64,000 nt of DNA from Amoebidium appalachense (Eukaryota > Protista > Ichthyosporea). The notes beneath the pieces are model-generated. The model did not search any database. It had not been told where the DNA came from and saw nothing but the letters and a program-made list of their open reading frames with translations. Shown here piece by piece: positions 53,475 to 64,000 of the stretch; the first letter of the stretch is position 1; each line of letters starts with the position of its first letter. The stretch is taken from NCBI GenBank assembly GCA_963693365.1, contig CAVNZM010000005.1, positions 2,842,342 through 2,906,341 on the forward strand, written 5' to 3'. The position numbers were made by a program, and so were the translations under genes.

Positions 53475-54714
53475 GCCAGCAGGGGCTAACATGTACGTAG
53501 TCATAAAGGGGTGTGCGTGTGTGGCCGAATGTAATTTGGATAATATACTTTACCAATAGTGTGAATTAGGTATGTGGTAGGGGAGATGTAATGTGACGGG
53601 GTTAGGCGTGCAGGTGGTGAATGGGATTTGTATACTTGTGTGGACAATGTGACTTTGCATTTACATGCGACATACTATGGATGTCGGAGGCTTTTCATTC
53701 AGAGTTTACTGTTCTTTCTCTTTCTGTGGTGATGTTCACGGTGTGTACTCGTGTGAGGTCAGTACTAATGAGGAATTCAACTATGGGGAGAGGGGCACCG
53801 GGGGGGGGGGGGGGGGGGGTGTATACGGGTGGGTTATTTGGAGACCCCCGAAAGCTTTTTTCCTATCGGTTCCGGGGGTCTCCTTTTCCTCCTGTGTACA
53901 TCTTTTAGTTTCCCGACTCTCCTTGCTGGTGAATTCAGTTTTGGGGCAGGAAGTGCGGAACAAACGGGACAATAGACAGTTTGCCTATAAGCAGGTGGCA
54001 CGTACCTCTACAAGGTGAATAAGTGCAGCCCAATATGGTGAACAGTGGTGTGATAAATCTGATATGTATTGGCCAAGATTTCAGAGTCTGACGTGGATGT
54101 GACATTGAACGGCCACTGGGACCATATTACATCATATTGAAATTGGGTTTTCCTCACGGTCCAGCACTTTGCCTCCTCCCCCCTCCCCCCCCTCCCCCCT
54201 CTCCTCCTCCTCTCGGACTTGTGTGTACACGCACCCACCCGACCGAATGTGTGTGTTGGGGGGGGGGGGGGGGGGGGGGGGACAGGCAGTAGCACACCGG
54301 TGGGACAAATCAATGACATGCACATGTTTACTAGTACTAGAGTTTTAGTACCATGCTGCACGGGGCACTCTAACCTCTATGAAAGAGACCGAATGCACTG
54401 TTAGGAAAATCAATTCACATTACATCTTGATAGTAGCTACCAATAGAGAAAGACACCAGTCCGTACGGGCCAAGAAAGTTTGGCTTGTATATATGACTGT
54501 GTGGGCACGTCCTCATTTGTATTCACACCTTGTGTGTGTCTGTGACATGATGTGTGTGGGCTTGCGTGTGTGTGTGTACACGTGTATATACGTGCACATG
54601 CATGTGTGTGTGCACGTGTACACGTGCATCTGTGTGTGTGCAGGTGCATGTGTGTGCGTCTGTGTGTTGGTGTGCTGGTGTTTTTGAGAAAGAAAGAAGA
54701 GAAAGAAATTCCCT

Positions 54715-54749
<35 letters not shown>

Positions 54750-55083
54750 GGAAAGCACTGGGGAGAGTGGGGTGGGGCAGGGAGGGTGAGAGGCGGCGGA
54801 GGGGCCCGGGGGGGGAGGCATATACCAGGCGTGCCCTTCAATATTTTTTTTTTTTTTTGGGGGGGGGGGGGGGGGGGATTTGTGTGTACTTGGACCAACG
54901 TGGCTGTGCAAGGACGAAACAACATGGTGGCAGCCGGAGTCGGAAAAAACAACACAAAGGCAAACCACTGGCACACAACTCAATGATATACAGGGGTCAC
55001 TCCGACGTGACTTTCAAAATAATGGGTAAATCATTAGGGTCTAGAATCTGAATGTTTTTCGGCCGTAGGGTTTGTTATCTTAT

Positions 55084-55120
<37 letters not shown>

Positions 55121-55252
55121 ACCCACCCCCCCACCCACCCACACACACATACACACACCCTCCCCCATGTGGAGCCAAAATTTCTGAGGGTTAGGCCACG
55201 GGAGGCTACATTTTCTTTTTTTTTTCCTTTTTTCCTTTTCTTTTTTTTTTTT

Positions 55253-55286
<34 letters not shown>

Positions 55287-55984
55287 GGATGTAGGCATGC
55301 ATTGCATGGCACCCTCCCGCTATGACGCATGTGACATGTGTACACATGTCTGCTGGCCAATGCAGATAGTTATGCACAATGCATGCCGTTTGTTGAATCT
55401 CAAAGTGTCCGATAGAGCTTTCAGAATCACTCACTATACTATTTAGTAAATGTATGCTGGCTTTGTTTTGTTTGTTTGGTTAAAAGGGTAACAGCTCCTA
55501 TGTTCTGTTTTCGTATACATTGCAGAAGGGGAAGGGGGGGAGGGGGGAGGAAGAGCTGGGGGTATAAGTGTCGTCACGTCGGGCTGCCGTACCACCGCAT
55601 ATTTAGGAGTTAGGAGTGTGGGTGTGTGGGGAAGGTAGGAGAGGGGCTAAGAGTTGGGTGAAACAGGGGTGGATGGGTGGGTGGCCATTGTAGTGGGGAT
55701 GGGGGAGGCTGGGGGAGGGGGGGGGGGGGGGGGGGGGGGGGGGCTGCTCGTTATCTTATTTTACTCCCAGCCTCGGTAGCCTCTAAAATCTTAAAATTTT
55801 CAAATTTAAATATTCTGGTACCATTTGTTTATCTTAAATGTGAATCATCAGTATCTGAATCCTATGATCCCTGTGTGGCATGTGAGCTGCCAGGGCCGTG
55901 GCATTGATGGTGAAAGCTTTTGGTGTTGTGACACAATAATGCACGTGTGTGTCCTTTTTCTTTTCTTTTCAGAATCTTTTCTTT

Positions 55985-56032
<48 letters not shown>

Positions 56033-56043
56033 TTTTTTTTTTT

Positions 56044-56077
<34 letters not shown>

Positions 56078-56206
56078 GCACGTGTGTGTACATGTGTGTG
56101 TGTGTGTGTCACGTTTGTGTGTGTGTGTGTCACGGTGTGTGTGTGTGTGTGCGTGTCGCGGTGTATATGTGTGTCTGTTTGTGTGCACGTGCGCACGTGT
56201 GTGTAT

Positions 56207-56318
<112 letters not shown>

Positions 56319-56521
56319 GATTGAACTTTATTTTGCACGCTGAGCGTGAGGCAACATAAATCCTCACACTTTTCAACGAAGGAAGGTTGTCTTCGAACTT
56401 TAAGGAGAATTAGCTCTTTTACCGATGAACTATGAGGGAACAGTATTGGTCATGATACATGTATACCCCAAGCACCAGTTAGCCGCCTCCCTACTTATTA
56501 TGGTTAATATATCATGCTTTA

Positions 56522-56694
56522 CCCTGACCCGGCGGGAACTGACCGGGTCAGAGCCATCGGTCGGGCTGGGTACGGGTCTGACCCGCCGGGTCATAAAGCC
56601 GACCGGGTTTGAGCAAAAATGCCCCGGGTCGGGGTTGGGTAACGCCGACCCGGCCGGGTTGGTTCTCGGATCGACCCAACCCGACACATCCCTG
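56522..56694 (-). mobile_element. hAT-like transposon terminal fragment
   Basis: Dense GACCCG/CGGGTC subterminal-type repeats in both orientations end in ACATCCCTG (56686-56694). Its reverse complement CAGGGATGT resembles the Ac/Ds TIR CAGGGATG. No partner TIR was found. Confidence 0.45.
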
Positions 56695-57726
56695 CTGAAG
56701 GCGCGAGCACATGCGCAGGAGGGCTCTGGAGGGCTCTGGACCAGGTAGCCTCAACACAGCACAAAGACAACCTGAGCACTCATGGATGGAGTTCTGCGCA
56801 GCTCAGCCTGGCAACACAGTGATGCAATTGGTGTCACTCTAACCGCTCAGCAGACACCTGCTTCAAAATCTGCAGCCCGTGGCCACGGATTAGGACACAA
56901 ACATGAACTGAGCACCACCCCGCGCTTCGAATTCGCCGTTCAAACGTTTAAAAAAAACAGCCATGACGTCATAGCCGCAGATCACCCCGCATTCCACGCA
57001 TTCCACGAGATCTAGATCTGCACCTCGTGTGTAAATTACGGTGACTGCCCTGGTGAGCTACAAAAAACCTTGCTTTGGCAGGGGAAATTGTGTGTATCGG
57101 TGCATAATGTCGATGTACTCCTATCAATGTCTGCTTGAGCACCCAAAGAGCATGAATATGATGACATAATGCTGTATGCATAACTGGGTCACGCGTGTAT
57201 ACAATGGTGCACGTGCGCAGGCAGCCGCGAGCCTCATGCCGACGTTGTGTGGCCGTGACACTGTCAATAAAAACTTATAAACTACTTCGAGAAACATAGG
57301 GCAATTCTTGTGGGAAGAGGGATGGGGAGAAGGAGGAGGGGATTGTTGTTGTTTTACATGTTCTTTTGTTGTTTTTGTACGTTGTTGTTCTACCTGGGGG
57401 TAGTTTCAAGTTTAGCCCAGTGGGTAGTGTACCGAACGCTTTATGCACAAAAGCATTTGCATTCGTCCGAATCCTCAAATTTCATTGGTGTATAAAGGTG
57501 CCCAGAAAAGCAAATTCGAGGGAAAACCACATAGGCTCATGCAAACTTGCATAGATAAGACTTGTATTTCTGTTTATGGGGCTTTTTTCTCTGCTATATG
57601 TTTTCCTGTGTAGGATTTTTCCTTCTCTCGTGACCAAACGTTTCATGAAAGCACGGGTAAAAACTGTCTTTTCAGTGATGTATGAGGGATTACTGGGGTC
57701 ACGTACTTGGTTCAAGAAACTCAAGG

Positions 57727-57852
57727 ACCAATCAAACTGTTATCCAATCATTGCATCGGGCACTTGGCATAATAAATCTAAATATCACAAATTAGGATAG
57801 CCAATCAACAAGCGCCACAATGACTTTGCGGTCAACCGGTTTTCTATATAAA
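57727..57852 (+). promoter_or_regulatory. Three CCAAT boxes and a TATA box upstream of the POT transporter
   Basis: CCAATCA at ~57728, ~57745 and ~57801; TATATAAA at 57845-57852; ATG at 58086 in the context GCCACCATG. Confidence 0.55.
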
Positions 57853-58085
57853 CACCCGTTCAAAATTTCCCGGCACTTAGAGCGACAGTAGTGAGATCGG
57901 GCACTCATAAGAGTTCTGTTTCTTTTCTCATCCACGAGGCCTCTTCGTCATTGCTCTCGCTCAAAAAGTGCATTCGTATTTTTAAGGCTCCTGGCCACCT
58001 CGAACCAAACTCGCCATTCAAGGCATGGCCCTTGCTATCCGTCACACATAATCGTACACTGTGACAGACTGAACACAAAGCCACC

Positions 58086-61000
58086 ATGAGTTTCTTCCGC
58101 AGCAAGTTGGTGACTGTGGGGAGCTTCATCCTCATTGTTGAGTTGATGGAACGCCTCACATACTACACCTTTGCCGGGTCTGAACGCAACAACTTGGAGC
58201 GCCAGTTCGGCTACTCCACTGCCGAAGCCGTTGCCATCCGCTCCGTGTTTGGCGTGCTGTCCTATGTGACCGGGTTCTTCGGTGCCTTTATTGCAGACAC
58301 ACTGCTTGGGCGGTTCAAGACCATTGCCGTGTTCATCGCCTGCTACTGCATCGGTGTAACCATGTGCTCTACGGCTGTGCATCCCAACGTCCTAAGTGCG
58401 GTAGGCGTTCTTTATCACTCCTTGCTCTTTAAGCCTCCCCCCTGCGGTTGTTTCCCTACCCACTCACCACCTAATGGCAGGAGAGCTGATGGCATGGCCA
58501 CCCTGTCACACCCAATTCTACCCACTGACACAATGCACATCTGCTGCCTCCTGTGCATCTTGCGTGGCAATGATGAAATGATCATATCACCCCAGTACAT
58601 ACACTAACTTTAGACCCAAGGCCGTTCACGGTACGGTAACAAAAAAGAAAAAGCAAATGTCCTGAAAATGCCTGTGCATGCTTATTAATATTTTACCAGG
58701 ACTAGGCAGAGCAAGATACGTTATATATCCTAGTTAAGGTCAAATTCTGCATTTTGATACTGAAATTGTGTTATTAGTGCTATGCGATTGATGATTCAGA
58801 GGAAGAAACTTGAGCTATTAGTATTTACGTCCACCACACAGCCCGCCTACCTTGCTGGAATCATGTTCTTCATGGCCCTTGGTAAACCCCCCCCCCCCCT
58901 AACCCCCCCTCCCCCCCCCCCCCCCCCCGCCCCATCAGGAGCAGGCGATGAACACACATTCCGCTCCTCATCCCCCCCCCCCCCTTCCCCCCTCGCCCCA
59001 ATACATCATCCCCATCCTCCCCCCTTCCCCCTCCCCCCCCCCCCCCCCCCCGGGGGCTCTTCCCCCTTCGCCAAAAAAAAGAGATGAAGATAACAGAAAG
59101 AGAGAGAGCCTCAAAGTAAAAGTGAACAGGATGATAGAGAAGGGGGGTGGATAGGGGGCGGGGGGGGGGGGGGGGGGGGGGGGAGGAGGAGGGGGGAGGA
59201 AGGAGAAAGTGGGGGAGAAGTGGGTCAGGGTAAGAATGAAAGAGATGGGTGGGGTAAAGTAGCAGAAAAAGAAAGAGAGGAGAGAAAGACCGGGGGCCGG
59301 GGGGGGGGGGGGGGGGAGACGCTGGGGGTGGAAGAGGGGGGGGGGGGGGGAGTGGGGGACGGAGGGGGGAACAGATAGACAGAGAGAGGGCAGAGGATGT
59401 AGAAGGAGGAAAATGCAGGGGAAACTCCAATGTCGAGCTCAGCGCTAACAAACACTTCCTGCATAGGTGCTGGGGGCATGAAGCCCAACATCAGCAACTT
59501 TGGTGGTGACCAGTACGACCCCAAGATCCCAAAAGAGAAGAAGGAGCAGGAGCTGTTCTTCTCTCTGTTCTATGCTGCTGTCAATGCTGGTTAGTGGAAC
59601 ATGCTTCTGAGTTGCGGAGGTTGCAATCCTCCCGTTTCCTTCACCACATACACATGCGTGTGCGTGCATGCACGTGCACATGCACATGAATACACACCCA
59701 TGTACATGCATTCACATGCAAATGCACACGCACACACGCACAGGCACACAGGCACTCAGTGTTGTCTTTTTCTTCGTGCACGTGTGGAAGGGGGTGCGAA
59801 AGAAAGGGAGGGGGGGGGGGGGGGGGGGGGGATTTTCCCATTACTTTTTGCAATGCGCATGCAGACATCAAGCTAACAATTTAAACTATCACCCAATCAG
59901 GTTCGGCGGTTTCCTACGGGTGCCTCACCACCATCGCCACCGGTGGCACGGCAGCCCTTCCCGGGCAGGCAGGCAACAACCTTATTCCCAAGGAATACGG
60001 CTACTTTGCTGCATACATCTTTGCCGCCATCTGTATCTTCATTGCTATGGTTGTGTTCATTGCCGGCTCTTCTCGCTACAATAAGATCCCCCCTAGCGGA
60101 AATTCGTTTGGCGGGGCTCTATATTTCCTGTGAAATGGTGCCAAGAATACAACGCGGGGCAAGATGGCGCTGAGTGGATGGTGCTGTCTACTGGTGTTCC
60201 TGGTCGTCAGCATTACAAATGCTTTCCTCACGTCAAAGGTGTGTTCCCACCCCATTAGCTTCAAGAGTCCCCAACTCCCCCCCCCCCCTCCCCCCCCCCC
60301 CCTCCGACACCCCCCGGCCCCTCCCTTCCCATCCCTCCCCCTCCTTACCTCCCCCCTCCCCCCTCCCCCCCCCCCCCTCCCAAAACAAAATATATCACTT
60401 TCACAGCAGTAGTGCCACATAATCATGGCCGAGCAATGATTTATTATTCTTTTTTGGCTGGTGCTAGGGCAAGGGTTAGAATAGAGGAGGTCGGGAACAA
60501 AAGTTGCACACGGGAGGGCGGGGGGAAGGGGGGGGAGGGGGACTACGGGCAGAGAGTGGTTGGTGGTTCTAATTATGTATTGATCATGAATGCGTGTAGT
60601 ACTTATACAAACCTTCCCCACCCAGCCGCCCGCGCTTCCATATGTCTCGCTCGCGCTTGCCCTCATTGGCTGCATATCAGTTGTGCTGGGTCACATCAAC
60701 AACGATTGGCTCCGCACCGTCCCCGACCACCCCAAGGATTGGCTGAAAACCAACGAAGCAGTGAATCTGTTCTCGATTGTTCCAGTAGTTCTCACGACCA
60801 ACATCTGCTTCATGCTGACGTACAACATGATGGATGGGCCAATCCCCGTCCAGACCTGCCACATGAACCTCAAGCTGGGTGGCGGTCAGGTCAATGGAGT
60901 AAGTTTTGACACCAGCCGAACCCAAATCACAACCGCCCTTCCCTGAACCCTGCCCCCCTCCCTCACCCTGGCTTCCCCCCTCCCCTCCCCCTCCCCTCCC

Positions 61001-61819
61001 CTCTTCCCCCCCAGCCCCCTCCCCCCCCCCCCCCTCACGTGTATCTGCAAGTGCATTAGCCTCCTCCCCCCCCCCCCCCCCCCCCCGCCCCCCGCATTCG
61101 GGGTCCCCTCCCCCCATTTTCCCATCCCCTCCACCCGGCTCTCCTACTCTTTTCCAACAGAGCTTCTGCACTCAACAACCTCTCCCTCCCTTCCCCCCCC
61201 CACAAAGAAAAAAAACCGGAAAAGAAAAAGAAAAAGAAAAAGAAAATACCCCACCCCGGAGGATAGGCACTGCTTATAATGCATTTTTTTTAGTGTGCTT
61301 TGAAACTTTTGCACTTTAGTGTTGTGCATCGCGAATGTGTACTCATACTCTGTAACACATTCTAAACCTGCAACCCCCCCTCCAGCCCCCTCCCCCCCCC
61401 CCACCTCCACCCCCCCCCCCCACCTCTCCCCCCCCCCCCCCCCCCCCCACGCACACACACACACACAAACAGACGTTCATCCACCTTATCAACCCTCTCA
61501 CCATCGTCATTGGCATCCCCATCCTCAACTTCCTCGTCTGGCCCATGTTTGAACGCTGCCGCCGTGTTCCCACCAGCCGCTACTTCAAGCTCATGTTTGG
61601 GTTTGGTTTTGCTTTTCTCTCGATGCTTTTCGCGACAATTTTCGAGTTTGTTCGCCGTGGTACCGAGACTCTTCCGGAGGTAGAAGAGAACATTTCGCTG
61701 TGTGCAGGCAACAATGCCGACCCAGTGTACATGAAGAACATCAGTGCCTTTGCCATGTTCCTGCCTCTAGCCATGACCGCCCTGGCTGAGATCTGCATCA
61801 ACCCCACCCTGCTCTGTAC

Positions 61820-61853
<34 letters not shown>

Positions 61854-62298
61854 TTTCCTACCCCAGCTTCCTTCTCTCCCCGTGCCCACCAGATTCCTGC
61901 CCCTTCCCGGGACCACCCACCGTCTTGCTTTTTGGCCCCCCACCCTACCCCACCCCTTTCCCCTCCCCCTCTCTCCCTCTCTCCCTCTCTCCCTCTCCCT
62001 CTCTCCCTTTCTCCTCCCCTCTCCCCCCCTCTCTCTCTCTCTCTCTTTCTCTCTGCGTGTGTGTGTCCCCCCCCCCCCCCCCACCCGCTCCACCCCCCCG
62101 GTTCCCTACCCTCAGTTTCCTGCTCCACCCATAGTCACCAGATTCCTGCCCCTTCCCGGGACCATCCATCGTTTTGCTTTTTGACCCCTCACCCCATCCC
62201 CCCCTCCCCCCCTCCAACCTCCCCACCCCCCTTCCTCCCCCCCCCCCAACTCCCACGCCACCCTAACCCACTCCCCCACCTCCCCCCCCCCCCCCCCC

Positions 62299-62375
<77 letters not shown>

Positions 62376-63155
62376 GTCTGTCTGTACCCATCCCCCCCCC
62401 CCCCCCCCCCCCCGCCCCACACACACACCCTCCGCACCGTATGGTTATTTCCGTAAATGCACTGCCACCGCATTCCTACCCCCCCCCCCCCCCCACCTCC
62501 CACCCCCTCCCTCCCGGCCATTATTTTGCGACAAGTGTACTTGGAAGCATGCGAGGCTTTCTTCAGAATCTGTTCTCATTTACGTCTCCCCCCCGGGCCC
62601 GCAAATTCTGCAACCCCTAAAGCCCCTCGTCCTCACCGCCATCCCCAACCCGCACATACACATCACTCCCATTCATCGAATCCTCTTGTTGACAACCTCA
62701 AGTGCTTATGTGCACCACCAAGCAGCTTATCATCCTGTAACCTCAGCAATACACCAGCAGTGCTTACATGCACGCAATCCCTTTACTTACTCCCTTCCCC
62801 CACAGACATGTCCTACAGCCAGGCCCCACCCCGCACCCGCTCTCTCGCCCAGGCTTTTAACCTGTTCTGTGCCGGTGCAATGCCCAACGGATTCCTCGCC
62901 ACCATCACCAAACTTCTTGCAAAGTACATGCCGGATAACCTGGACACCAGCCCATTGGCAATTGAATATTTCTACTACGCCGGGTTCATTGCGTGTGTGT
63001 TGGGTGTTGGGTTGGTTACCCTCTTTAGCAGGATGTATGTTGAGAAACAGTATGTGGAAGACATGGAGGACGAGAAACAGGTGGAGACATTTAGTGGTAC
63101 TGCGTGCACTGTGGCGGGTGACAGTATGATGAAGGATAAACAGGACATGCTATAG
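58086..63155 (+). CDS. Proton-dependent oligopeptide transporter (POT/PTR2, SLC15-like); 7 exons, 594 codons including the terminal stop, with an in-frame TGA at 60131-60133
   Basis: Exons 58086-58400, 58842-58881, 59467-59589, 59901-60238, 60626-60898, 61473-61815, 62806-63155. Motifs ELMERLTYY (ExxER), GAFIADTLLGRFKTI, GAGGMKPNISNFGGDQY, FFSLFYAAVNAG, YSQAPPRTRS, EYFYY. May be a recent pseudogene or contain a sequencing error. Confidence 0.88.
61852..62420 (+). repeat. ~250-bp tandem duplication in POT intron 6
   Basis: CACCAGATTCCTGCCCCTTCCCGGGACCA occurs at 61887 and 62137, each followed by similar C-rich and (CT)n tracts. Confidence 0.8.
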
Positions 63156-64000
63156 AAATTTTAAACTCGGCTTACGGTAGTTTTAAATTGTGTTCTTTAA
63201 GTTATTTCTCGGGCTATACCTCCCCTCCCCCCCCTCCCCCCCCCCCCCCCCCCGTCCCTTCCCCCCATCCCCCCCCCCCCCCCCCCAAATCTCCCTCTCC
63301 GTGCGCACGGTGAAGAAAGGCAAAGGAAACACAACGGAATGAAACCTGGAAGACTCGAGGCTGGTGGCGGATCGAAGGTGTGGCAAATTGTATTAAGTTT
63401 TAAGTTTGAGACATGATTGGTTTACTAAGACTCGGCACGGTGCAGTCGTTAGTTTTGGATCTGAACCTCATGTGTATTTAGCAGGTAATGTGGAACTCTG
63501 CCTTCCATGTAGTTATGGCTTGTATGCTTACACCAGCTGTTGTTAAGTCTTTGGGCCACTGTGTGGTGCCCTCGCTCATATATATTATTAAACACATGAA
63601 GCTTTTGAATGGCCATAAAAATGCATACAGAGTCGCTTACAAAATTTACTGCCCACCTCGTGGATATTTGCGTCCATGTGGTGAACGTACGCGCAACAGC
63701 AGCATCTTGCACATTCAAATCCTCCCCGCCCTTCCTCCCCTCCCCCCGAGCCCTCTTCCTCTCCTTTTTCTTTATCAGTCTCACAACGCATGCATCCACA
63801 CGCACTTTCTCGCATGCCAAATGCCATTGTTTTACACGGCCCAGTGTACCTGGTCACTGCGTGGAGCACACCAAAAGAGTTTGTGCCCTATGTAATGCTG
63901 CCTTAGTTTGGCTGATCTTTATATGAAGGGGGGAGGGGGCGGAAAGGGGGGGGGGGGGGGAGATAAACTGGGGAAACAGTCATGCAAATGCGATCGAATT

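Noticed and set aside
61161-61200. Strong acceptor in POT intron 5 (SFCTQQ...)
   Set aside because: No donor follows, and QVNG|TFIHLINP joins directly to give the expected helix.

Overview
Intron-dense eukaryotic DNA saturated with (CA)n/(TG)n microsatellites and poly-C/poly-G tracts. It is probably from a unicellular holozoan; this is an inference from an animal-type tyrosine kinase combined with a non-animal gene style. Nearly all HT/VC/poly-P/poly-G ORFs in the track are repeat artefacts. By joining GT-AG exons by hand I reconstructed five spliced genes. (1) A 28-exon minus-strand receptor tyrosine kinase (23718->142, ~1261 aa): signal peptide, mucin-like region, Venus-flytrap (ANF-receptor-type) domain, TM helix and Tyr kinase, i.e. 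a Venus-kinase-receptor-like architecture. (2) A 2-exon mitochondrial 2-oxoglutarate/malate-type carrier. (3) A 22-exon MLH1. (4) A divergently transcribed 3-exon protein with a TPX2-like N-terminal motif. (5) A 7-exon POT/PTR peptide transporter carrying an in-frame TGA. The window also holds an intronless, frameshifted ROK sugar-kinase pseudogene, a tandem pair of TTAA-flanked Kolobok/T2-like MITEs, a hAT-like end and several local duplications. The most striking system-level signal is intron architecture: many acceptors are (CA)n-AG or poly-A-CAG with no U-rich tract or nearby branch consensus, weak donors are followed by poly-C, repeat orientation mostly follows the transcribed strand, and some introns are bracketed by complementary repeats. 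All exon models are manual and lack transcript support.
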